Below are positions 36,328 to 48,250 of a DNA stretch of 64,000 bases, piece after piece. Under the pieces are notes generated by a model. The model saw nothing but the letters and a program-made list of their open reading frames with translations, made no database searches and had not been told where the DNA came from. The stretch's first letter is position 1. The number at the start of each line of letters is the position of its first letter. This DNA comes from Hyaloraphidium curvatum SAG 235-1. Lineage: Eukaryota; Fungi; Monoblepharomycota. The stretch spans positions 372,001-436,000 of the forward strand of contig JAIVFI010000027.1 of the NCBI GenBank assembly GCA_025558095.1, in the 5' to 3' direction. The translations under genes and the position numbers were made by a program.

Positions 36328-36551
36328 TGTTGGAGTGGCTATGGGGCGTGGGGAAGACGTAGCCCCAGTGGTCTGAACCGGGTCAGAACTCAGATGGACG
36401 GGATGGGGAGAGGGACAGTTTCACGTTGACCCGTTGTCCATTCCCTTGTGATGACAAGTCCCTAGATGACCCCTCCGATCGTACCCAAGTATCCCCACAC
36501 GCCAATAGACTCCCTATTGATACAGAATCGTAGCAACGATCCATTCCAACA
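36328..36551 (-). repeat. Copia 5' LTR (224 bp)
   Basis: Identical to 29014-29237; followed on the minus strand by PBS-like ggtctatgagccc. Confidence 0.97.
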
Positions 36552-38049
36552 CCTGCTGCGCCCCATCACCCTCAAGGAGCTCGAGAAGGTCCTGAAGAAG
36601 GCTCCTAACGGCAGGGCAGCGGATGAGGATGGGATCAGGCTCGAGTCCGTCAAGTACGGGACCACTGTGCTGAAGCAAGCTGTTGTCGATCTGCTCAATG
36701 ACGTGCTCAATGGGGTCGACATGCAAGACTGGGGCCAGACACTCCTGGTGATGCTGCACAAGAAGGGGCCCAAGAACGTGGCTGGCAACTACCGGGGCAT
36801 CAGCATAGAGAGGACACTGGAGAAGGTCTTCTCCCTGGTCTGGAACGCTCGGCTAGCTCCCTGGGCTGAGTGCAACAAGTTGCTGGAAGGCTCGCAGTTT
36901 GGATTCCGGGCACGGAGGTCCACCCTTCATGCAGTGTTCCTTGCTGTGGCGCTCTTCTCCTTGGCCAAGGCACGCAAGGAGAAGCTGATCATGGTGTTTG
37001 TAGATTTCACAAAGGCTTTTGACACGGTGGAGCGCCCGAGGTTGTGGAGGAAGCTGGAGGAGATGGGTGTACCCAAACAGGTTGTTGATATGTTCCAGAT
37101 GGCGTTTGGGCGGGTGTGGGGAAGGCTCCGAGATGAGGACGGCACCAAGTCGGACTTCATCAAGTTCCTAACTGGAGTGAAGCAGGGGGACCCCCTCTCA
37201 TCGCTGTTCTTCATCTTGTTCATCAACGACATCACTGCTTTCATGGAGGCCAATGGTGCAAAAGGGATGGATCTGGGCATGGTGTCTGAGGAGGAAGAGG
37301 ATCAGGAGAGGGGCCAGGAGCTAAAGAGGGTCGACAGTTTCAAGCTTCTGGGGTACCAGCTCACGTCAACTGGGCGGAGCAAGGACCATGTGCATGGCAG
37401 GGAGGCCAAGATGAACGCTGCTTATGGGCTCTGGCTCCGCAACATCAGGGAGCAGCCTGGGATGGGTCCTGACCTCCAGCTCAAGCTCTACAACACGAAG
37501 GTCAAGGCAGTGGGGCAATATGGGAACCCGTTCATTGTGGAGATGCCAAAGCAAGGAGGAGTACCTTGCCGGGGAAAGCACCAGGGACAAAGTGACATGC
37601 ATGGCCCTTCGTGCTGTCACTCATCAGCCCAAGTCTACCTCCCTGGCTTGTCTGTACGCGATCACTGGCCAGTACCCTCTTGCAGTTCATGACCATGAGT
37701 CGGCTCTCAAGTTCCTCATGCGCATCAAAACAGCTGACCCTGCATTGTACCTGCTCTACAAGGAGCTCAAGATCGAGGCACTGAAGGGGTGCTGGAACTG
37801 GGCTGCCTTCCTGAGGGAACTACTTGTGTTCTATGGTGGAGATGAGGGGAGGGAGATGTGGGAGAAGGACACTTTTTCATGGGCCAAGGAGACTGTGGAG
37901 AATCTTGTGAAGGGCAAGTTCAGGGAGATCAATGCCCAGAAGCTCAAGAACAATGATAAGCTGCACTTCTGGAGGATGTGTGACATGACCTTTGGTCACA
38001 TTGCACCGTCACTCAAGCCGCCCGGGGCAGGTCTGGGTGATACTATTCT
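36552..38049 (+). mobile_element. Defective LINE ORF2 (RT) copy; probable target of the Copia insertion
   Basis: PITLKEL, NYRGISI, QFGFRARRST, FVDFTKAFDTV, GVKQGDPLS; YADD deleted; ends ggggcaggtctgggtgatactattct. Confidence 0.92.
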
Positions 38050-38217
38050 TTCACGTTTTTTGCATCATTCCGGAAACCTCTCTGGGTCACTCTGGAAACA
38101 CCCTCCACATGCAACTGATGGCACTTGCATTTTCTCCACAGAAAGAAGCGAGTACAACAGTACAACCAGCATGGTATCATCGGTATACGATTGCAGTCCC
38201 TTTCACGTACAATGCCA

Positions 38218-39660
38218 CTAAAAGTCATCATCATCGACTCCATCAGGAGCAAAATCATCGTATGCAACAAACCGCTCAATAACGGACAGAAGGGGATTCT
38301 TTCCTTGGCCCAACTAGAGGCATGGTGAGCAGTGGGCAACCTGAGCCGTATATGCCCTCCTACCGAACCAGCAACGGCATCACAGCATGCTGCAAAGTCG
38401 TCCTCTGATCGGCACACGAAACCAACGACTAGACTAGGATCCAATCTTGCTATTGGTATTGTCTGGAGCCCTTGGAAATGGTATGTTGCAAAGTCCTGGT
38501 GAAAGTGCGTCAAGAAAAGACACATCGAGGTCTACGTGCCTGTCGAACCTGTGGCAAAGAACCTCCAGCCCTCATCTCGACAGCTTCGAGAAGGGCAAAT
38601 GGATCAGTGAAACGCGGCCACCGGTCCCTGGTCGAAGTCAGACCTTGCTGGGCCGTGTGGGGATCAAGCAGGATACCATGGTCGGCAATAGTCCCCAACA
38701 AGAAGAGTGATGAGTTGGGTTTGCCTCTGCCCAATCATCGCGGTTAGCAGATAACCAACAATCCAGTCAAAGGCAACTCACCCAGCAATGCCCACACAGT
38801 ACGGAATGCGGAAGCACGCCTGCAATGGCGTCAATCATCAACGGCAGTTACCCATCTGCTCGTCGCGCACCTTGATGCCCTGGTAGTAAACTGGATTGAT
38901 CGAATCGATACCAAGTCTCAGTGGAACGAGGATAAGGAGTGGCGTCCACCCAGCCACAGCATCCTTTGCCACAGCCAGAGCATCCGCCTTGCACAACGTC
39001 CCATCCATAGCCACGTAGGTACGCATTGCCAAAGGTCCATCGCAATGATTCAAGATAGCTCTGGCAGAGAACCAACATTGGTACACCTCAAGTCGAGCAG
39101 AACGAGCTCACGTACTTGACAGCTTGTGAGACAGTGGAAGGTCCGAACCAGTTCCCGATGGAGATTCCCAACTGATCAGCGCCTTGCTTAGCAATGTTGT
39201 GTAGAGACAGGGGAGAGGAGGGCCCGTCGCAGTCCAAGAACAACGACAGAATCTGAAACCTCGTAGATCAGGGCCGGCCACGTCCAGGTGGTCCGGAGGT
39301 TGAGCTCACTCGACAATACGAATCGCGCGCCCGTTCATCTCGGTCGTTGTCTTCCAACCTCCATTCCCGGCCGAGGAAACATTGCACCATGGCGTTCGCC
39401 ACCATCATCTGCCCGGAGCGGACCATGCAGCCCCAGCCCACATCGGAAGTGTAGTTTGACGGGGCAAGGGCCTCAAAGCCCGTCCGATAGCTAACCCATA
39501 TCCGGCTCCGGAGGTCCCGGCGGAAAGCAGCGTCGCGGTGTGAGGCGTAATGGAGTCCCAGGAGCCACGCTTCCAGCGGCGGACCCGCTTCGCTCAAGTC
39601 CAGCCCCGAAAACCTGATTCCGTCCATCATTGCCCTCCAAAGCCGCTCAACAAGGTCCAT
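38218..39660 (-). CDS. ATG4: Autophagy cysteine protease Atg4, multi-exon
   Basis: IWVSYRTGF, YTSDVGWGCMVRSGQMM (catalytic Cys), GNWFGPS, LVPLRLG, LDPH, LDPSLVVGF; ends DDDDF*. Confidence 0.93.
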
Positions 39661-39788
39661 TCCCGGGGCCACGGGCCTCTAAAGATCCCAGACGGGCTCG
39701 TCCGGTTCGCCCGTGGAGACAGGTGACTACTGACGCGACGACGCGCGCGTCCTGCACCCGACTACCTTGATCAGTCGCCGTGGGGAGA

Positions 39789-40275
39789 ATGTCAGTCAAC
39801 CAGAGCCTGCTTGAGGGTCTGACGGAGGCGGATCAGGTAAAATTCGTCGCCTGAACGCTTTGGTTCCGGGCTGAAGAGGGCCACTAGCGGGATCTGGCCA
39901 AGTTCCTTCAGGACGAGCAGCGTCGGGCGGACTTCCAACAACAGGTGCAGGAGCTGATGCTCGGCGATGCCTTTGCTCTTACTCAGATCGGTTCCACGTC
40001 TTCCTTCTGGTGATCGCCCACGTTTCGGGCTGCGGATGCCTCCCATCTTCCTGGGCACATGGCGGATGCCTCCCCACCTTCCTTCCCACGCCTTGCGGCC
40101 GGGGCGTCTCCCCCTGAAGGTTCATTCATACACGGACGTTTGCTTCGAAAAATGCGTGAAGGGAGTGAAGGCGAAAGGACTGGACAAGTCCGAGGAGGCC
40201 TGCGTTGCAAATTGCGTCGAGCGTTTCCTGGACTTGAGTGCAGTGATTCAAACGCGGCTTCAAGAACCGAAATGA
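39789..40275 (+). CDS. TIM8: Small Tim chaperone Tim8, 3 exons
   Basis: FLQDEQRRADFQQQVHSYTDVCFEKC...EEACVANCVERFLD (twin CX3C). Confidence 0.9.
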
Positions 40276-40322
40276 ACCCGACGAAGTACCATGTTCCACG
40301 AGTCACTACACGATCAATCGCT

Positions 40323-43300
40323 CTAGAAGGTGCCGTACACGCCGTTGGGCACAGAGGGGTTCGGCGCGCCCTGTCCGCCGAACGTCAGCATCAGAGGGGC
40401 CGCCACAGCGCTCTCTGCGAACGCCAACGATCAGACGGTGGCGCGGAGCTCAGGCAACGCAGTGCACCCACCTTGCTTCTCCTTTTGCTCGTCCCTTTGT
40501 AGTCGTTCGTTGTGGGCCTTCTCCAGCATGTCCAGTTTAGCGAGCGAATCCCGCACGACCTGGATCAAATAAGGATAGACATAGTCCTGGATCCCGCTGC
40601 GCCACGCCATTTCCAGAACCACGTCTGGTCGGATGAGGTCCTGCGGCGTAAACCGGTGTCAACGGCAGAGCCTCGCAGAACAATGAGCCACGCACGTAGC
40701 AGGTCAACAGGCAAGCCGCAAAGCCCTCGTGGTTCCCCGAGTCCAGGAAGAAACGCAACATCTCCTCCGCGACTTCGGTGTCCTTCGATTCGGCGGCGGT
40801 CTCCATGGCATCCCGGTAAAGCTTGTCCTGCTTCGAGAGAGCGAGTGATTGCTTCCACTTCTTGTTCCTCTGTCGCGGTTCAAGCAGTTAGAAATCTTTA
40901 CAGGCATGTCGCCGCGTCTCCAACCTTGTAAAGGACGGCGGCGATTCGCCGGAACTCGAGGAGCTCGTGCTTCTCGAGCCGTTGTGCAAGGGCAATGTTG
41001 TCGAAGTTGTCAAAGTGGTCTATCGAGTCCCGCAACGACTGGTAATCTTGCTCCTCAATGAGCAGATCGTTGTAGGCCGTGTTCACGGAAGCGTTGTTGG
41101 TCTGCGCTTTCATCAGCTTCGGTCGCCTGGACAAGCTTTTCTACCCACCTTCTGGACCGCGATGAGGTAAGGCTTGATCAAGGGAAGGTGGCCGTTCTTC
41201 TGGAACATTTGTACCACTCGGGTGTGGTCGATACGAGAAGACAGGGCACTCAGAAGGTCCGTTAGGAGGAGAGGTTGTTCGTTGACGTAGAATTGCAAGG
41301 CCTGGGACCGCATCAGCCAGCTCACTGGGCAACGCGCACGCACGACGATACCTTGTAGAAGATCTCCTGGTTCGCCACCTTGACAACAACATCCTTGAAC
41401 GGGTTGTGCTCCCATGCGTCGGCCGAATGCGTCATCATCGTCAGAGCGGCGTTGTCGTACTCGTCGTAGTGGGTATAGAGGAACACGAGCTCGGGCCAGA
41501 GGTGCGCCTGCTCGCACGTGCGAATGACCTTGGGAATGTTGACGCGCGACCAGTACAGCTTGAGGTGGTCCATCAGGCGTTCCGGCCTGTATTTGGCGTA
41601 GAGGATGGCGAGCTCCGTGAACATGCCCATGTGGGCCCTTTCTAAGCCAAGTCCGGATTCGAGAAGCTGGATCAGCTCCTCAGTGTATCCACGGCTCTCG
41701 TAAGCCCGGATCAGCTCCTACAAAGGGTGCATGCATGAGGCCGGCACGTAAGACATCCACCGCGAAGCAACGTACCACCAGCTCGTCCGCATGCACAATG
41801 AGGTTCAGGCCACAGATCTGGGCAAGCCTGAACTCCTTGTTCTCGATGCATGCCGCGTTGACTTCCTTCCAGACTCTGCCAGAGTTGAGGGCTGGTGAGC
41901 ACACCGCCGCATAAGCGCTTCGCGCTCACGCACTTGGTCGAGCTGGCCTTGCGCGCGCAATCCACCGCGTTCTGGTGTTCACCAAGGTACACGAGGGTGG
42001 TAGCGAGGCGGGCCCAGTTGTTGACGTTGCTGAAAAGAATCTTGGCCGCTTGGTACATCCTCTCTTCGAAGCAGCGCTCGCCCACGACTTGGATTTGGGC
42101 AATGTTGGGCGTCGAGATGAACTCCTCGAGCTCGGCGAGCTGCCCAGTCTTTGCGTAGGCAAAGAGAAGCTCGCTTTCAATGACGGGTTCGCGCGCCTTC
42201 TTGCGGGCGGCGAGCAGGTAGCGGATGAGGTCCTCGTAGTTACGCTCCTTCTCTGCGATGCGTATAACTTCCGCGTAGTTGCTCGGATCGTCGGCCTTGA
42301 TGTACGAGTCTGAGGGCGGCATCGCGCACCGACTTAGGCCCTTGCAAACCCGGAACCGACGAACCACCCACTGATGGCATCCTTCACTCGGGAGAGCTCC
42401 AGCTGGGCCTTCCCCAGCCTGCTCCAAACTTCGGGAACATCGACCCGTTCCGCATACTCGAAAGCGCGGTCCACGTCCTTGATGTTCTCGATCAAAACGC
42501 GGGCGGCGTTCGCGTGCTGGTCGTACTTCTTGTATATCGTGAACGCCTCCTCGAAGAGACCGGCACCGATCGCGATGTTGGCGATGTCGGGAGCGTCGAA
42601 ATTGCCGAGGCGCGTCACGTAGTCCATGACGCGGCCCTTGTCCGCCTGGCCAAATGACAACGTAAGTTCGGCCTGCTCCACAAACCAGCGAGACGGGTGC
42701 CATCGCACCTTGATGGCGGTAAGGATCAGCAGGTTCTGCAGGTTGCGATTCTCCGCAAAAGCAGTGTTCTCCAAGACGAGCTTCTCCAGGAGCTCAATGA
42801 GCTCACTGGCGTCAGCCGCCATGAAGGCCTTGACCGTGACCGAAACGTCCTCGGGGTCCTGCGTCTCCGGCAAAGCGGTGGCAATGACCTGGAAAGCCCG
42901 ATCAGCGGCAACACAAGCACAACGGTCTCTGCGCCACGCACCTGGTCAATAAGCTGTCGCCTGTAGGGATTCGACTGGTTGAGGACTTCGCCCCACAAGT
43001 CCAGGTTCCGCTTCTTGACCAAGTACCGGGCCTGCTGCTTGAACATGGAGTTTTCATTCGTGATCCTGATGAGCTCCGCATCGCAGCCGCCGCGCTCGTA
43101 CGCGATGAAGGCGAGGTACGGGTCACGCTTTTCGCAGTAGTGTCCGACGACCCTGGAATCATAGACCTGCGGCAACACAAGGGGGTCAAGGAAAGTCGGA
43201 TACATGGGCAGCGATACGCACCGTGTTCGTCTTCAAGAACTGTTCCGGGTTGTTGTTCGTGTCGATGTAGATCTTGGCGATGGCGTTGAAGACGTTGACG

Positions 43301-46300
43301 TCTCCCGATCCTTCGCGGATCTTGTTCTCGAGCCACGGCAGCAGTAGCTTGAGCCTGTTGCGCTGCTCCACCTCCGCAACGAGGGCATCGACAGCGACAC
43401 TCCCGCGCGCAGAAGATAGCAGGTCCTTGATGACCTGCTCGGGACAATCGACGTCCAGCAGCGCACCAATGACCTGAGGCGTGCGGCTCGGGTTCATGTT
43501 CTGAACGTAGATCTCGATGTACTTGAAGAGGTCGTTCTGGTAGAGGTACAGCACCAGGTCGTGCACGAAGTCGAAGCGGTCGCAGACAGTGATGAGAGGA
43601 ATCTGGTCCGTCAGCTTGGCCTCCTGCCATTTGACGGTTGAGCAAGGTAACTTGTCTCGGCACGAAGGTTGCCCAAACCTTGAGGAAGTTTTTGACCTTC
43701 TCCGGGTCATAGTACTTGCTCTCGCGCGCGATGCGCTCGACCTCCTTCAGCTGGCCCGTCCGCACCGCCGCTTCGATGTACTTGAAGTGCACATCGGGGT
43801 CCGTGCTGTAGTTGACGATGGATCCCAGGTAGTAGTACAGGCCTTCGAATGTCTTAAAAGACTCAAAGAGCTGGATGAGGGTGCCGGGCCCGAGCTGCTC
43901 CGAGTACTTTGTGGCGATCTGGACCACGATTTGGAGGTTTTGGCGCAAGTTGCTGTTGAGTAGCTCCCTTAGACAGTCCAGGGACTGGTCAACGGAAAGG
44001 TGACCAAAGTAGCTGACGATCCACTGCGGATGAACGGCCTCATCACCTTCGGGGACGCACCGCTCGGCGGCCCATAACCTACGTCCGGGTTGAGCAGTTG
44101 CGTCTGAACGATCACACGCTTGATGTCGGCGATGTCCGTATAGTGCTCGAGGGCCTGCCGAGCGCGTGCGTGGCAACATGAGCTGGCGGATTCAACCCAC
44201 GAGATTCCGCGGAGCACCCACCCTCTGGTACAGTCCCGCCTTCTCGCACAGCTGCGCAATGTACGACCGATCGTAATGTGAAAACATGTTGTTCCCCAGT
44301 ATGGCATCCGCCACCTGGGGCGCGTGCATGAGATTCATCTCCAAAAGCTTCGTCTGGAGCGGTCCTTGATCGGGCTTGTTGTCCTTGAGGGCATCAAGCA
44401 AGAAGGCCGTGCACTGTTGCACCAGGTTCATCTGCATGAAGATGTTGACGACCTGCTCCAAGTCGACCAGTGGCTCCTGATTGTCGCCAACGAGCTTCTG
44501 CGCGAACTCCAGGCCCTTGTCGGGATCGAGGCGCAGAATGTACTGGAGCAGGTAGAGGTAGTCGGGCTGGTAGCCGACCTTCCGGGCATAGAGCACGATC
44601 TTGTCGTACTGGCCCGTCTCCGCAAAGCAAGCGACGACCTGCAGGCGGGCAAATCATTCCGTAAACTGTTGGCAGGACGACATTCGAACCGCGTCACCTT
44701 GCTAGGGATGTTGGCACGCAGGTAGACAGAAAGGGCAAGAGTAGCATCGTAACTCTTGACGATGTCGCCGAGCTCTTCGCTGCACTCGAGCTTTCGGACT
44801 CAAGCGTCAACCACTGTCGATGGTCGCCCCGACGGCCCGTACCTTGTCCTCCTTCAGCCATTTCTCCAGCAGCTGCTTGCGGCCCTGCAGCAGCACGGGC
44901 CGCGCGAGCTCGAGCGACTCGTGCTTGTTCAGCTGTCCCTTCTCAAGCAGGATGCCAAAGTACTGAAGGATCGGTGACATCTGTCCTGGCTGAACCGGAA
45001 CCTGCTTGAAGCGTTCGATGGTCTCGGGCGTGCGGAGGATCCCCTAAACGCAGGTGAGCGAGACGAACCATGCCACAACGTGTATATCACCTTGGGCGAC
45101 GTGGCCGCGACTTTCGCGGCTTCGTTGTACTGAGCAGTAGCGAACAGCTCCTGGAACCGCTGGATGAACAGCTGGTCGGCCCCAGGCAGGTTCGTCCGCG
45201 CCGCCAGGCGGAAAGCCAGGTCGCGATCGTTGAGATTGCTGATGATGTAGGGGATGATCGTGCTCTCATCGATGCTAACCGACAAGACCTGCAAGACCAG
45301 TGGTGAATGGCGGACGCCTTTTGGGCGGGGCTCAAGCCCACCTGGCCTTTCCGATTGACGCCGATGATGCCGCTCGTGGCCTCCAGCTCCGCCGTCACAA
45401 AGATGGTGTCGCCGCTGATCCGGTTCATGTAGATGCAAGTGCCGGTTTCCAGGTCGTAGACGTGTATGAATCCGTACTTGGTGACCAGGAAGATGACGTC
45501 GTATTTCTTGCTGACCTGCATGGCGACGGGGAAGTCGTTGACGGCCTCCGGAGGGAAGAACACGTCCACCGCGCGCTTCTGAAAGACGGGATTCTGATCG
45601 TTGTGATCGATTTCCACGATGTGAAGCTGGGCAACGACGGCCGTGAGACGCTTTCCGGCTGTGCCGGTTGCAGGTGTCTGCCTACCTTGGCAGCGCCGCT
45701 GGCCGTCCGAACCGCGAAGGTAAAGAGCTTTGTCGGAAACGGGGCCCCGTCCATCCGCATTTCGGCAAAGGCGGCCGCGTGGCCCTCGAGGGGCTGGCTC
45801 CGGTCCTTCGAGAAAAGCTGCATGTTCCCGACCACTCGACCTTGCTGCGTTGCGGATAGGGTGGTCGTTACTTTCAGAACCGCTTCCACGCGGCTGCAAG
45901 GCCTCCAACCTGAGCAGAGATACCAATGAGAAGCAGCCACTTTCCATCGGAATTGACGCGGTAGTTGATGATCTGCGAGCCCACGAGACTCGCGTGCCGG
46001 TCAAACATTTTGGTCGGCTGACTCTCCCCTTCGATCGACCAGTGGTACACCGCGGTCTCGGTTACGATGCCGACGACTGTCGGGCTGATCCATTTCCAGA
46101 AGACCACGTCGTCGTTCATCGTGTGCGATTTGATCTTGGACTTGAGCTCGATGTTGAAAATCTGCAGCTGGTGTCCCGCTGGGAACCACTTGGCGTCAGA
46201 AGGAGAACTGACGAGGCCCCGAACCCCTGAGTACCTTTGAGCGCGATGATCTTGCTGACCGGGTTCATTATGGCCGAGTCTGCGGTAATGGGGCGACGAA

Positions 46301-46678
46301 TGACGTTGTTGGGATCGTTCATGTCGATTATGACGACCTGGCTCTGTTCTCCGACTTTCTCGCGAACGCAGATGAAGCGGTCGGACTCCATCGTGAGGGT
46401 GTTGAACCTGACGGGAGGAAACGCCGAGGAGGCAGATCGATGAGATGCGTCCATTCGTCCAATGTCGTGCGACGACGTACCCAATGTTGGCGGCATTAAT
46501 GCCCAGAGCTTGGAGCTAGTTGTCGGCGCGTCCAGGAGCGCGAGTGCGGTCGAACAGAAGCCAGGAGCGAGCAAGACGCGTGCGGAACATTGAATGAGCT
46601 CCCTGCGCCCAAGAAGAGACTGAGTACACCCAGTCCCACCTGGAGATGCTCCTGGAACTGGATCGGGATTGAAGCCAT
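40323..46678 (-). CDS. CHC1: Clathrin heavy chain, many exons
   Basis: [100 protein letters not shown]. Confidence 0.98.
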
Positions 46679-47160
46679 GGTGTCGGTCTTCAACGGAACG
46701 CGCCAACAGGCCTAGTCCAAGATGCGTCCCAAAGGGTGCCCACGCCGAAACACGCGACTCTAGTGGCCCGGTCCACGACTCTCACGATGTCCGCCGAGCC
46801 AAGAGTTTGCCGCGCTCCGACCGCGCTGGCGAACCAGTTCGTACCTCGCCGACGGCGAGACCGCAGCGCCCCGGCGCCGGCGCAACAGACGCAGCGTCCG
46901 CGGAACTTCCGACAGCAACGTGCCACCGCGGGCCGTTCCGTGGGGGAATGAAAACCCGCGCGGGGCGAAGAAGGTTGTCGTGAAGACGGCAGCGCGGCTC
47001 AAGACCCAACCTGCTCAAGACCCCAGCTGGCGCCCTCGCACCGCCCCAATCATTTCGGCAAAGAGTGTAATGAAATTACGTAACACAATTCAGACTACCG
47101 CTAATCCAGGAGCGATCCTTGAGGCGGTCTCTGAGGCGGCGGGTCTGCCGGGGGGGTCCG

Positions 47161-48168
47161 TTAGCGGCCGATCTCTTCCAGTACACAGATCGCCAACCTA
47201 CCGCCAGGATTGAGCGGAGCAGCAATATCCCCCGCGCTAGCTTCGCTGGTCTGCGATGGATGTTGAGCGGCCGGCGTGTTGCTGGGTGTTCGTCTCCGTT
47301 CTGCGCTAACGTGAGACTTTGGCCACGACACAAGCGGGTTCCACCCACCCAAGGGGGCTTCCTCCTCGTGCTCATCGGAAAGAACGCTATACCCAGCGCT
47401 ACCCGGGGCGCTACCGGTCGCCGGCTTCACTTCCTTCTTCTTGAAGAGACCGCCGAGACCGGCACCGATCTTGTTCAGGACATTCCCACCAGAGGGCCCT
47501 GACGTCTGCTTGGCCGCCTGTTGCTGCTGTGCCTGCTGTTGCGCCAGAAATGCCTGCTGCTGTCTGTAGGCGATCTCCCGAGCTTGAGCATCCTCCTCCG
47601 CCTGCGTGACAAGGTTCCGCGTCAACAACAGCCCTCCAGTCGGTACAACACAACAGACTTGCAACTGTCGGGCAAACTCCTCATCTTGCATATCTAGCGC
47701 CATCTTCCTGGCAGTCTCCTCGTCGTCGACTGTTGCTGGTGGCCCGTTACGAGGCGATTTGAACAGTGAGGAACTGCACGGGCTCCTGGCCTGCTGACTA
47801 CGAACCCAGAACTTGCTGTTGCTCGTTATCTGCTCCAGCAAAAGGGTCTGCGACAGGAGTGCCGCCCCCGGGATCCGCCATGGCCAAGAGCACATTGGTT
47901 GCCCGTTCGACGTTGCCGCCTTCCTGCTGGAGGATGAGGCTGCGGCCGGACCATCAAAACACGGATAAAATGGCCACGAAGACCCCAATGTGGCGGTTTC
48001 CGCGCCGTCCCCGACCAACAGCGCCCTAGTCGGCCTGTCGCCGGCTTCCTCCCGCGTGCCGTGCTTCGAGCCGCGCTCATCGTGGCCTCTTGGTCGGCTC
48101 ACGAACCTTAGTGTGTCCTCCGGGATGTCGCTGAAAACCTCCTTCAGCACTGCCACGCCTGGGTCCAT
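47161..48168 (-). CDS. CUE-domain ubiquitin-binding protein, multi-exon; 3' end uncertain
   Basis: VAVLKEVFSDIPEDTLR...ILQQEGGNVERATNVLLAM (CUE-like), QDEEFARQLQAEE. Confidence 0.65.
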   Translation of the reverse strand: MDPGVAVLKEVFSDIPEDTLRFVSRPRGHDERGSKHGTREEAGDRPTRALLVGDGAETATLGSSWPFYPCFDGPAAASSSSRKAATSNGQPMCSWPWRIPGAALLSQTLLLEQITSNSKFWVRSQQARSPCSSSLFKSPRNGPPATVDDEETARKMALDMQDEEFARQLQVCCVVPTGGLLLTRNLVTQAEEDAQAREIAYRQQQAFLAQQQAQQQQAAKQTSGPSGGNVLNKIGAGLGGLFKKKEVKPATGSAPGSAGYSVLSDEHEEEAPLGGWNPLVSWPKSHVSAERRRTPSNTPAAQHPSQTSEASAGDIAAPLNPGGRLAICVLEEIGR

Positions 48169-48250
48169 TTCTCGCGGTTGGTGTGCTGGATGAGCGCGGC
48201 GCCGAACAGCAACGCGATCGGTTCGCGATCGACTTCGAGCACGTCGCTAT

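Larger units (their letters stand above)
29014..36551 (-). mobile_element. Full-length young Ty1/Copia LTR retrotransposon interrupted by a NUMT
   Basis: Identical 224-bp TG...CA LTRs; 5-bp TSD CCTGC (29009-29013 and 36552-36556); PBS-like ggtctatgagccc; PPT gagggggag; gag-PR-IN-RT-RH order. Confidence 0.97.

Noticed and set aside
36466-36551. ATG start and N-terminus of the 408-aa LINE ORF
   Set aside because: These codons lie in the antisense Copia LTR; this is a chance read-in to a 5'-truncated LINE
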